Assembly: GCA_003559095.1 (NCBI GenBank)
Contig: PWMW01000057.1
Location: 6,538-70,537 of the forward strand
DNA: 64,000 bases
Source of the DNA: Clostridiales bacterium
GTDB lineage: Bacteria > Bacillota > Limnochordia > Darwinibacteriales > B1SED10-159
Direction: 5' to 3'
Of the stretch, positions 1-8,349 are shown one piece after another (within the stretch, counting starts at the first letter, position 1; every line of letters begins with the position of its first letter). A model generated the notes under the pieces. The model was given only the letters and a program-made list of their open reading frames with translations, was not told where the DNA came from and ran no database searches. The position numbers and the translations under genes were made by a program.

Positions 1-357
1 ACGGGATCGGATCTGCAGACTGGCGGTGAGTTCGCCGTAGAGCGGATGCTCAACCTTCACATCCAAGATCTCACCACCCATATCAACGATAAGGTACAAC
101 TCCCGCCGAATAGCTTCGGGATCGCTGTGATGCTTGGAGGCTATGGTTCTCTGGTAAAGCGGGGAGGCAGATTCCTGCAGCATATAACCCCGAGGTGTCG
201 CCATGATCTCAATGCCTGAAGCGCGGAGTATGGCAATATCAGCTACGATAACCTGCCGTGTAACATGCAGTTCGTCGCTGAGCTGAGCACCAGTCAGGGG
301 CTGCTGTGACTCCTCAAGAATTCGGATCAGTCGTTCGCGACGGGCTTGTCTGGACAT
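1..357 (-). CDS. niaR: NiaR-type niacin-responsive transcriptional repressor (HTH + 3H domain); 3' end lies outside the window
   Basis: Manual reverse translation from ATG (357..355) gives MSRQARRERLIRILEESQQPLTGAQLSDELHVTRQVIVADIAILRASGIEIMATPRGYMLQESASPLYQRTIASKHHSDPEAIRRELYLIVDMGGEILDVKVEHPLYGELTASLQIRSR. This is the HTH_11 plus 3H-domain pattern of NiaR/YrxA. The frame is open to the window edge. Confidence 0.75.
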   Translation of the reverse strand, partial: MSRQARRERLIRILEESQQPLTGAQLSDELHVTRQVIVADIAILRASGIEIMATPRGYMLQESASPLYQRTIASKHHSDPEAIRRELYLIVDMGGEILDVKVEHPLYGELTASLQIRSR

Positions 358-449
358 ACGACCCCTCCTACGTTAAGTGAGTATCTCAAAACTTAACCAA
401 AACCCAACGGGCCGGCAGAAGGAATCTGCCAGCAGAGAAGGGAAACAAA

Positions 450-469
450 GTGTATATACACATGTACAT
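450..469. promoter_or_regulatory. Candidate NiaR operator: adjacent perfect palindromes GTGTATATACAC and ATGTACAT
   Basis: Both palindromes lie in the 130-nt divergent region between niaR and the membrane-protein gene, immediately upstream of its AGGAGG RBS. The GTGT..ACAC core resembles reported NiaR boxes (from memory, not searched). Confidence 0.4.
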
Positions 470-487
470 ACAGGAGGCGTGATAACG

Positions 488-1012
488 ATGAAGCTTGGTG
501 TTAAAGAAATGCTCTATGGTGCTCTTCTTACTGGTTTTGCCATACTGATCCCCTTAGTATTCCGGGGTTGGCTGCAGATCTATATTCCGCCGTTCTCGGC
601 TACAGTGGGCAGCCATGTGCCGACGATGCTGGCCATGTTCATTAGTCCCTGGGTAGCCGTTTTGGTTGGCCTTGGGTCCACTCTCGGGTTTTTGGTTACG
701 CTGGGTCCGGTGATCGCTGCTCGAGCTTCCATTCACATACTTTTTGGCTTGGCAGGAGCGCTCCTCTTTCAGCGGGGCTTCAAACCCTGGCAGGTCCTGC
801 TGTTGACCGCTCCTATCCATGCGGCCGGCGAAAGTTTGGTGGTAATGCCCTTCGGTTTTGCTTTGTATCAAGCCTTGGTTGTGGTAGGCATTGGGACGCT
901 GCTGCACCACGCCCTAGATTCCGGTGTTTCTTTAGTTCTCTACGGAGCATTGGGCAAGGCCGGCATCCCTTTGGACAGTCTAGTGCGCCGGCCCGTCAGC
1001 CACAAATCCTAG
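488..1012 (+). CDS. Small polytopic membrane protein, putative niacin transporter (NiaX-like S component)
   Basis: Track ORF 377..1012, trimmed to ATG 488 behind AGGAGG. About 5 hydrophobic helices (MKLGVKEMLYGALLTGFAILIPLVF...). The call rests on divergent pairing with niaR and on size and topology only. Confidence 0.4.
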   Translation: MKLGVKEMLYGALLTGFAILIPLVFRGWLQIYIPPFSATVGSHVPTMLAMFISPWVAVLVGLGSTLGFLVTLGPVIAARASIHILFGLAGALLFQRGFKPWQVLLLTAPIHAAGESLVVMPFGFALYQALVVVGIGTLLHHALDSGVSLVLYGALGKAGIPLDSLVRRPVSHKS

Positions 1013-1044
1013 CAGCCGCTGCCGAAGGTTCGCGAACCCAGTAT

Positions 1045-2013
1045 TTAGGAGCGTTTTCGCAGAAGACAGCAGTAGAACCCTTCCATAACGGGCGTTGGCC
1101 ATATGCGCATGGTCTGTTTGAGTGCGCTGGGCCAGCGCTCTTCCTGCGTCTGCGTGAGACCGGCGGTGACTTTCAAGCCAGGCAGTCTTGCGGGCAGGAT
1201 TTCCACGTCGCTGCGGGCCTGCAGTATCGCTGCCACTACCGCTTCATTCTCGTTGGTGTTGATGGTGCAGGTGGAGTACACAAGATGACCGCCGGGCTTC
1301 AGGGCATCAAGGCCTGAGTGCAGCAGACGCTTCTGCAGTCGGGCCAACTTTTTTACCATGCGAACGTTCCAGCTGCGGTATGTTTTCGGGTCGTCCAGAC
1401 GAAAGCGTCCCTCGCCGCTACAGGGGGCATCCACCAACACGGCATCAAAGTAATCAGCGCTCATACGACCTACTTTGGTGCCGTCAACCGCCTGTGTTTC
1501 GACGATGATGACTCCCTGCCGTTTCACGTTATATTGCAGACGCTCCATGCGCAGCGTATCCACTTCCACGGCCAAGATTGAACCTTGATTGCGCATCATG
1601 GCCGCCATCTGTGTCGTTTTACTGCCCGGAGCGGCGCAGAGATCGAGAACGGCTTGACCCGCATGCAGCGGAAGCAGAAGCGGTGGCACCATACTGGACA
1701 AGCTCTGCAGGTAGATGCGTCCGTCACTATACTCCGGCAGTATCTGCAGCTTCTTGAGAACCGGTGCATCGAAAAGCAAAGCCTGAGGAAACCATGGAAG
1801 CCTCTGAAACTTCAATCCAGAACTGCGCAGGGTGTCCATCACGGGGTGAATGTCGCTGCGCAGTGAGTTCACCCGCAAACTGGATGGCAGCGGACGTGCG
1901 GCTCCCTGCAGAGCACCATCGGCAGCTTTGGCTGGAAATGCTGCATAAAGGTATTCAATATACTCTTTGGGTAGGCGCTTGCGGGCTTCGCCAATAGAAT
2001 ACACGACAGACAC
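1045..2013 (-). CDS. RsmB/RsmF (NOP2/Sun) family RNA m5C methyltransferase
   Basis: 322-aa ORF with SAM-MTase motifs DLCAAPGSKTTQ, DAPCSGEG and YSTCT. The start is GTG 2013 or the in-frame GTG 9 nt downstream. Confidence 0.8.
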   Translation of the reverse strand: MSVVYSIGEARKRLPKEYIEYLYAAFPAKAADGALQGAARPLPSSLRVNSLRSDIHPVMDTLRSSGLKFQRLPWFPQALLFDAPVLKKLQILPEYSDGRIYLQSLSSMVPPLLLPLHAGQAVLDLCAAPGSKTTQMAAMMRNQGSILAVEVDTLRMERLQYNVKRQGVIIVETQAVDGTKVGRMSADYFDAVLVDAPCSGEGRFRLDDPKTYRSWNVRMVKKLARLQKRLLHSGLDALKPGGHLVYSTCTINTNENEAVVAAILQARSDVEILPARLPGLKVTAGLTQTQEERWPSALKQTMRIWPTPVMEGFYCCLLRKRS

Positions 2014-2073
2014 GTCTCCTTTCGCCGCATGACTGTGATCCGCTATCGCGGCAAACTAAAACAGAACGTTTGT

Positions 2074-2102
2074 TTGCTTTCTGTTGAGCATAGATGTATA
2101 AT
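2074..2102 (+). promoter_or_regulatory. Sigma-A-like promoter TTGCTT-17-TATAAT
   Basis: The hexamers and 17-nt spacer were read directly. It would give a ~330-nt leader that contains repeat copy A before the 2438 gene. Confidence 0.45.
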
Positions 2103-2260
2103 TGACGATACCTGTCCTCAACGGGCCGCCGAGGATCAGCAGACTGATTGCTCATGGACGGCAGGATTTTCGTCTGCTTTGGTTAATGCATTAGGGAAAG
2201 AGGGAACCACGCCAAAGGCAGCACGCCCAATGCCCGCGGCGCAGAGGCATAATGCCCTAG

Positions 2261-2379
2261 AACGTGTTGGTAAACAACCCTGGCGAGCTCCTAACAAGCG
2301 ACGCGAAATCGCTGTAGCTGCGATTTCCCCGCGGTGTCTGGTCTGTGTTTGCGCGGAATTTCAGGGAAATCCACACGTT
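2261..2379 (+). repeat. Copy A of the ~119-nt TIR-bounded intergenic element
   Basis: aacgtgttggtaaacaaccctggcgagctcctaacaagcgacgcgaaatcgctgtagctgcgatttccccgcggtgtctggtctgtgtttgcgcggaatttcagggaaatccacacgtt. It aligns almost without gaps to copies at 3009, 15508 and 44251. Central hairpin GAAATCGC/GCGATTTC is at 2305..2327. Confidence 0.85.
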
Positions 2380-2437
2380 CTTAAGCACTCGGCGAACGAG
2401 ATTTTGCAGCACAACGTACTATCAAGGAGGCTCGGTT

Positions 2438-2989
2438 ATGTATTGGCAGGGAGCAGGCGCAGCCTTTACGCAGCAGACAGCCCGGGTGGCTGCCGACTAT
2501 TGGCAGACTCAGGAGCTGCCAGTGGTAGCAGCATCCAATACGGGAGACACAATCGAAGTATTATGTCAAGCCGGCATTCCAGCGGCAGCCATCGTCTGCG
2601 TGACCCACATGGTAGGCTTTCGAGAGCCAGGCCATGACGAAATGGCCGCGGAGACCAGAGATGCTCTAAAAGCCCAAGAGACCAAGGTTTTGACAACTAC
2701 GCATGCCTTGGCCGGCGTGGATCGAGCACTGCGCTTTCAGTTTCAAGGTATTTATCCTCCGGAGATTATTGCCCATTCCCTTCGTATGCTGGGGCAAGGC
2801 GTGAAGGTGTGCGTCGAGATTGGCATTATGGCCTTGGACGCGGGATTGATTCCTCACGGACAAAAGATCATTGCCATTGGGGGCAGCGGCCGCGGCGCCG
2901 ATACAGCGGTTGTCTTAACACCGGCCCATTCCAATGCCGTGTTTGAAACGATGATCCACGAAATTCTCTGCAAACCCGCTGATTGGTAG
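2438..2989 (+). CDS. Stand-alone pyruvate-kinase C-terminal (alpha/beta) domain-like protein
   Basis: Track ORF 2345..2989, trimmed to ATG 2438 behind AAGGAGG. VVAASNTGDT...IIAIGGSGRGADTAVVLTPAH resembles the PK_C-like family. Confidence 0.55.
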   Translation: MYWQGAGAAFTQQTARVAADYWQTQELPVVAASNTGDTIEVLCQAGIPAAAIVCVTHMVGFREPGHDEMAAETRDALKAQETKVLTTTHALAGVDRALRFQFQGIYPPEIIAHSLRMLGQGVKVCVEIGIMALDAGLIPHGQKIIAIGGSGRGADTAVVLTPAHSNAVFETMIHEILCKPADW

Positions 2990-3008
2990 TTGTCAACACG
3001 TTTCCAGA

Positions 3009-3128
3009 AACGTGTCGATAAAGAACCTTGGCGAGCTCATAACACGCGACGCGAAATCGCTGTAGTTGCGATTTCACTGAGGTGTCCGGTCTGTGGTTGA
3101 TCAGTATTCCGGGAAAGTCAACAAGCTT
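3009..3128 (+). repeat. Copy B of the ~119-nt element
   Basis: aacgtgtcgataaagaaccttggcgagctcataacacgcgacgcgaaatcgctgtagttgcgatttcactgaggtgtccggtctgtggttgatcagtattccgggaaagtcaacaagctt. It lies between convergent genes, and its 3' end overlaps the last codons and stop of mtnN. Confidence 0.85.
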
Positions 3129-3819
3129 CTAGCACGGCCTCAACGACCTGTGTCAGCCGGGGAATCACCGACTGAAGGAACGTTTCAAAGTTTTCCGGGG
3201 CACTGGCATCAGCCTTGTCGGAAATAACGCGAATAACGACGTACGGAATGGAGTTGAGGTGTGCAGTGTGAGCCACTGCTGCTCCTTCCATCTCAGCGCA
3301 CAGGGCCGCAAAGCTCTGACTGATTCGCTGTTTTGCCCCGGCGCCACTGATGAACTGATCGCCGCTGACAATCAATCCGGTGTGGACTTTGTCTGAACCA
3401 AAGATCTGCCGGGCAGCATTCTGAGTCAGCTGGACTAGATGCTGGTCTGCGGCAAAACGGCTAGTAGCCATGAAGGGTATCTCACCTACGGAAAATCCCA
3501 GTGCCGTGGTGTCAAAATCGTGATAGAGCGCGGCAGAGGAGATTGCGATGTCGCCAATATCTGCTATTGGGGCGATGGCGCCAGCCGCTCCAGAGTTGAT
3601 GATTCGTTCAGGCTTGTAGTGATCTGCCAAAATCTGAGTGCAAATGGCGGCATTGACTTTGCCAATGCCACAACGGACAAGAACGACCGCTTTTCCAGCC
3701 AGCGTCCCCTCGAAAAATGTCAGTCCTGCCTGACGATACTCCTTTTCGATCTGCATATGTTCCCGCAGCAGCACTACTTCCTCTTCCATGGCTCCTATGA
3801 CAGCAATTGGCCTTTCCAT
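3118..3819 (-). CDS. mtnN: 5'-methylthioadenosine/S-adenosylhomocysteine nucleosidase
   Basis: MERPIAVIGAMEEEV...GIGKVNAAICTQ...NSGAAGA...AEMEGAAVAH motifs. The track ORF extends to 3855, but the ATG at 3819 fits the family N-terminus. Confidence 0.85.
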   Translation of the reverse strand: MERPIAVIGAMEEEVVLLREHMQIEKEYRQAGLTFFEGTLAGKAVVLVRCGIGKVNAAICTQILADHYKPERIINSGAAGAIAPIADIGDIAISSAALYHDFDTTALGFSVGEIPFMATSRFAADQHLVQLTQNAARQIFGSDKVHTGLIVSGDQFISGAGAKQRISQSFAALCAEMEGAAVAHTAHLNSIPYVVIRVISDKADASAPENFETFLQSVIPRLTQVVEAVLEAC

Positions 3820-3904
3820 GGGGCACATCCTTTCCACCCAACGCCAATCCGGCATCTTCTGTGGTGTGTCTCAGCAACTATTGTACCACAAATAATGAAC
3901 GGAG

Positions 3905-5074
3905 TTGATGTCTGTGCGAATTCTTCATACATCAGATTGGCACCTGGGCAAAGCACTGGAAGGGCACAGTCGTCTGCCGGAACAGGAGCGGTTCTTAGAA
4001 GAGCTCGCTGCCATCGTCGAGGAGTGCGATGTGCATGGCGTCATCGTGGCCGGTGACGTCTATGACACGGTGAACCCGCCGGCTCGCGCCGAAGAGCTCT
4101 TCTACTGGGCCGTGGAGCGGTTGGCAGCCGGCGGTCGCAGGCCAGTGGTGGTTTTAGCAGGCAACCATGACAATCCAGAGCGTCTGACGGCTTCACAGCC
4201 CTTGGCGGAGTCTCAGGGAATCTTGCTGTTCGGTTTGCCCCAGGAGGCACCTCGTCCCCTGCGAATTCCCATTCCTATGGCAGACCATGATCTGTCCTTG
4301 GCTGTGCTGCCGTACCCATCGGAGCAGCGCCTCAATGTTCTGTTGAGTACGGTCATGGACGATGAACAACTACAGCAGGCCTACGCCGAAAAGGTAGCCG
4401 GCTTGTGGCGGCAGATGGACCAACAGTGGCATGATGGCTGTGTACGCATGGCCGCTTCGCACATCTACATGGCTGGTGGTGAGGAAACAGGCGTCGAACG
4501 TCCCATCCAGGTGGGAGGTGCCTATACCGTGCCAAGGACCGCCGTGCCTAATGGTGCCCAATACCTGGCCTTGGGGCATCTGCATCGTCCGCAGGACGTA
4601 CCCAACTGCCCTATCACCGCTCGTTACAGCGGATCGCCTTTATCCTATGGATTCGCCGAAGCACAGCAGACAAAATCGGTCACTATCGTCGATGCTGCAC
4701 CCACCAATCAGGTAGACGTGGAACACATCACTCTCACCAGCGGTAAGCCTTTGGTGCGCTGGCTGGCAGCCAATCCCGCCGAGCTCCGGGAATGGAGTAG
4801 CGCGCGGCGGGATCCCGATGCATGGGTGGATGTGGAAGTCAAGCTTACGGAAGCTCTGACACACAGTGAGCTCCAACAGATACGCCGCGCTCACCCGGGA
4901 ATTCTCCACATTCGACCCCTGTTTTCTGAGGTTCAAGCGCCAGACAGTCTATTAGCCTGGGACGAAATCAGCATGACGGATCATTTTGCCAGGTTCTATC
5001 TGCGGGAGAAGGGAGTCGAACCATCGCCAGAACTGCTGCGGTTGTTCGTGCAGTTAGTAGAAAGGTATGACTGA
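3905..5074 (+). CDS. sbcD: Exonuclease SbcCD, nuclease subunit D (Mre11-like)
   Basis: Calcineurin-type phosphoesterase motifs HTSDWHLG, AGDVYD, GNHD and GHLH in a 389-aa ORF. Confidence 0.85.
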   Translation: MMSVRILHTSDWHLGKALEGHSRLPEQERFLEELAAIVEECDVHGVIVAGDVYDTVNPPARAEELFYWAVERLAAGGRRPVVVLAGNHDNPERLTASQPLAESQGILLFGLPQEAPRPLRIPIPMADHDLSLAVLPYPSEQRLNVLLSTVMDDEQLQQAYAEKVAGLWRQMDQQWHDGCVRMAASHIYMAGGEETGVERPIQVGGAYTVPRTAVPNGAQYLALGHLHRPQDVPNCPITARYSGSPLSYGFAEAQQTKSVTIVDAAPTNQVDVEHITLTSGKPLVRWLAANPAELREWSSARRDPDAWVDVEVKLTEALTHSELQQIRRAHPGILHIRPLFSEVQAPDSLLAWDEISMTDHFARFYLREKGVEPSPELLRLFVQLVERYD

Positions 5075-5165
5075 AACAAGAATAATGGCATCATTTGGCA
5101 GGGTTTGGCGGGCCCGGTTGAGAATCAAGAGTAGATAAGGCCAACTCATACACTGTGAGGTAATC

Positions 5166-5915
5166 ATGACTGAAATGATTGACATATCGTTCCTTCTCAC
5201 CCAAGCCGTGAGTCTCACGTTCTTGTTTATTGTCCAGTTCAGCACGGGGCTCTTGGTTCTGCGCCATCGAGTCAAGGTGAACTACACTCGCAAGATAAAC
5301 CACTTTTTGCTGTTCGTTGTGCCGATCCTTCTGAACCGGGAATATGCGGTGGATCAGACAGTGGGTCTATTCGTTCTGGGCTCGTCATTGGCCGTTCTTA
5401 AGTTTGCTTTCTATGTAAAACCCATTCGCGATCGCGTGTTTGTAATACGTACCATGTTTTCGTCCTTTGATCGTCCAGAAGATCGCCCCAATACGCTGCT
5501 GTGGTTAGTGACGCAGACCGCTGCCGGGTATGCCGTCCTGCTGACTACTGGTTTGTTGTTATCTGAGTTCGGCCATATGGAGTTGATACTCATTCCATTG
5601 TTGATCTACGGGATTGGGGATGGTCTGGCCGAGCCCATCGGCGTTCGTTTTGGTCGTCACAAGTACAGCGTACCCAGTCTCTTCTCAAATAAGGACTATT
5701 ACCGAACGTTGGAGGGAAGCGCCTGCGTGTTCGTGACCTCAGTACTTGTGGTGGCTGCCCACTGCGGTCACTTTTCTCCGCTGCAGCTGGGCGTCGCCTT
5801 AGGGGTCGTTCCCGTGAGCATGACCTTGGCGGAAGCGCTCTCGCCGCATACCTGGGACTCCCCGTTGATGTTTCTCGTTGGTGGGCTGGCCATGTGGGGT
5901 ATTATGCTGCTTTGA
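5166..5915 (+). CDS. Polytopic membrane protein of the CTP-dependent polyprenol/phytol (dolichol) kinase-like family
   Basis: NYTRKINH and GIGDGLAEPIGVRFGRHKY...TLEGS motifs resemble the phytol/dolichol kinase and CdsA superfamily. Confidence 0.5.
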   Translation: MTEMIDISFLLTQAVSLTFLFIVQFSTGLLVLRHRVKVNYTRKINHFLLFVVPILLNREYAVDQTVGLFVLGSSLAVLKFAFYVKPIRDRVFVIRTMFSSFDRPEDRPNTLLWLVTQTAAGYAVLLTTGLLLSEFGHMELILIPLLIYGIGDGLAEPIGVRFGRHKYSVPSLFSNKDYYRTLEGSACVFVTSVLVVAAHCGHFSPLQLGVALGVVPVSMTLAEALSPHTWDSPLMFLVGGLAMWGIMLL

Positions 5916-6065
5916 ACGACGGTCAAACTTCAAGACCAGCGGTTCTGGGTGAGCGTAGGAATATCTGGGACCACCAACAGCGGTCGGAGCCCTTTCGAAG
6001 TCCTAACCCTGCCTGCAAAAGATTCGGCTGGCTGTTCTGTGCCTCTGTAAGGGAGGAATCATGGC

Positions 6066-7064
6066 ATGAGGAAAGCGTCATCTTTCACCTTATCTGTCTG
6101 GAAGCGAATCGCCATTGTGGCAGTGCTTTTGGTGCTGGCTGTTCTGACAACCATCGGTCCCCAGCCAGAAGAAGAAACGTCTGCCGCTGTTAGATTGGCA
6201 GCTGAGCACGATTTTAATGTACGCCCCGATGGACTGATGGCTCTGCAGGAGCTGTATGATTTCCAATTCGACACAGTATATGACATGGTCATCGGATTAA
6301 CCCACGAAGCACTGGGTGCATCGGACGTGGATGCGGCCTTGGGGTTTGCCACCGACGGCAAGATTAAACAGCTCGATCTGATTCGACTCCGTGACGATCG
6401 AGGGTTCTTTTCGGTGCACCATGCGGCCCCGGTAATCCGGGAAGAAGTGCTTGCAGCATACCCCGTCATCGCCGAGGCCGCAGGCTATGTCAGTGCTGCT
6501 TTGGACAACGATACCATGGTGCGGCTCAACTATCTCGTTGGTATCGAAGAACGGGAAAAATATGATGTGGCCAAGGAATGGCTTCAACAAGGGGAACTGC
6601 AGGCCGAATTGCAGGCACTTAAGCTTGACTCTGAAGGCGAAACATCCGTGCGTGTGGCGGCCAATCAGTTCACGGAGTACCAGATCCTGGGTAACATTCT
6701 GCTGATCATGCTGGAGACGTTGGGCATTCCCGTGGAGGACCACCTGCAGGCGCCACTGTTCACGCTGAGCAGAGACGGGGTCCTTGCGGGCGATTTGGAT
6801 ATCTATTGGGAATGCAGTGGTGCTGATTGGTATCATGTATATAGCGAAGAACACACTGAAGACCAACCCCGTGTAGATGGTTTGGAGGCTGTAAAGCAAG
6901 CCGCTGAGTACGATGCTGAACAGGGGCTTATCTGGTTGGAACCGGCACAGTTCGAGAACACGTTCGCGATCCTGATGCGCAAGGAACGCGCCGAGGAGTT
7001 AGGAATCGGCAGCATCAGCGATCTGGCCAACTGGGCCCGGGAATTGCAATCAGACACACGTTGA
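6066..7064 (+). CDS. Glycine-betaine/osmoprotectant-type (OpuAC family) substrate-binding protein, membrane-anchored, no cognate permease or ATPase nearby
   Basis: N-terminal hydrophobic anchor without a lipobox Cys. DDRGFFSVHHAAPVIREEVL and GFATDGKIKQLDL are typical of OpuAC-type SBPs. Confidence 0.55.
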   Translation: MRKASSFTLSVWKRIAIVAVLLVLAVLTTIGPQPEEETSAAVRLAAEHDFNVRPDGLMALQELYDFQFDTVYDMVIGLTHEALGASDVDAALGFATDGKIKQLDLIRLRDDRGFFSVHHAAPVIREEVLAAYPVIAEAAGYVSAALDNDTMVRLNYLVGIEEREKYDVAKEWLQQGELQAELQALKLDSEGETSVRVAANQFTEYQILGNILLIMLETLGIPVEDHLQAPLFTLSRDGVLAGDLDIYWECSGADWYHVYSEEHTEDQPRVDGLEAVKQAAEYDAEQGLIWLEPAQFENTFAILMRKERAEELGIGSISDLANWARELQSDTR

Positions 7065-7158
7065 CACCGTTTGGGTGCAATGCCCGATGTTCGTTGGAGC
7101 ATTTGCTGTGATGAAAGATGGGATACCCCTCGGATACTGTTTGGCAAAGGAGTCGACT

Positions 7159-8145
7159 ATGCAACTACAGCCATTGACTCGCAACTTCTTTTCCTCGTCA
7201 CCTCACAAAGAACGGCTCTGGCGGTGGGTTTGTCTTGGGATTACAGCAGTTCTAACGATTCTTCTGGTCCTTTTCTGGTATCCGCTGCGCAGCCCAGAAC
7301 TAACGTATCCCTATGTGGCCGTCGCCATTCGTCATGGCTATTTGACACCTTTGTTTCGCTTCATCACCATGCTGGGCAGCGAAGGGTTCTTTTTGGTGGC
7401 ATTGTCTGTGATCCATTGGTCGGTGCACAAAGGTTTGGGCTTTTGGGGCCTTATCCTGATGCCGTTGTCCATCTTGGTAACCAGTGAGATCCCGAAGGAT
7501 ATCACGCGTCTGCCGCGGCCGGATATTCGCGGGGTTGCTGTGCCGACGTATACCTTTCCCAGTGGGCATACATCCGGAGCCGTTAGTGTCTGGGGTTACG
7601 CTGCCATTGTTCTCAAAAACACGAAGTTTTGGATTTTGGCACTGGCGCTCATGCCCCTTGTAGGCCTGTCGCGCGTGGTTCTGGGATACCATTTTCCTGG
7701 GGATGTTGTCGGTGGCTTAGTGGCTGGTGTGCTATTCCTTGCCCTCTGCTTTTGGTTTGTTACAGTGCCGGGTCACAGTGAGTTGGTGCACGGCATTCCG
7801 TTTTGGCTGCAGGCAGTATTGGTCACTGGCATTCCGTTCGCAGCCTCTTTTCTGCCCGTAAAACTAGGTCCTGGGCTGTTGGGATACGTTGCCGGGGCAG
7901 CCCTAGGGCATCTATTCGAGCAGCGCTGTCTGGGCTTTCACACCGATGGTTCTAACCGTCAGCACGCGCTGCGGGGAGCATTAGGCTTGCCGCCGCTGGC
8001 CCTTTTTATTGTGGGATTGGCCTACATCGTTCCCGGCGCGTCCTGGTTGATCTTTCTCCGCTATGGATTGGCAACATTCTGGATCACCTATTGGGCTCCG
8101 CAGGTCTTTATCCGCTTGGGTTGGATGGAGCGGGTGGAGAGCTAG
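7159..8145 (+). CDS. PAP2-family membrane phosphatase (lipid phosphate / undecaprenyl-PP phosphatase-like)
   Basis: Canonical PAP2 motifs KDITRLPRP, PSGH and SRVVLGYHFPGDV. Start set to ATG 7159 behind AAGGAG. Confidence 0.8.
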   Translation: MQLQPLTRNFFSSSPHKERLWRWVCLGITAVLTILLVLFWYPLRSPELTYPYVAVAIRHGYLTPLFRFITMLGSEGFFLVALSVIHWSVHKGLGFWGLILMPLSILVTSEIPKDITRLPRPDIRGVAVPTYTFPSGHTSGAVSVWGYAAIVLKNTKFWILALALMPLVGLSRVVLGYHFPGDVVGGLVAGVLFLALCFWFVTVPGHSELVHGIPFWLQAVLVTGIPFAASFLPVKLGPGLLGYVAGAALGHLFEQRCLGFHTDGSNRQHALRGALGLPPLALFIVGLAYIVPGASWLIFLRYGLATFWITYWAPQVFIRLGWMERVES

Positions 8146-8349
8146 GTGTCCGCTCCAAAACCCTAGTGGAAGAGCATTCTTGGGAGTCGATGGTCGATGC
8201 AGAACCCAGCTAATGGGATTTCTCGATTCCTGTTTGGCGCTCCCATTCTATGTTCGAGGTGGCACCTGGACCACGTTATGGGCTGCCCATATCTGGTACT
8301 GTTACATGCAGCGTTTGGAGGGCATTTTCTGCAACTGGGAGGGATTTCG

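Noticed and set aside
2103-2260. A riboswitch-like leader upstream of copy A (GGUUAAUGC..UAGGGAA resembles part of a TPP element).
   Set aside because: It lacks the CUGAGA and ACCUGA cores and any convincing P1 to P5 architecture. It is probably just a 5' UTR.
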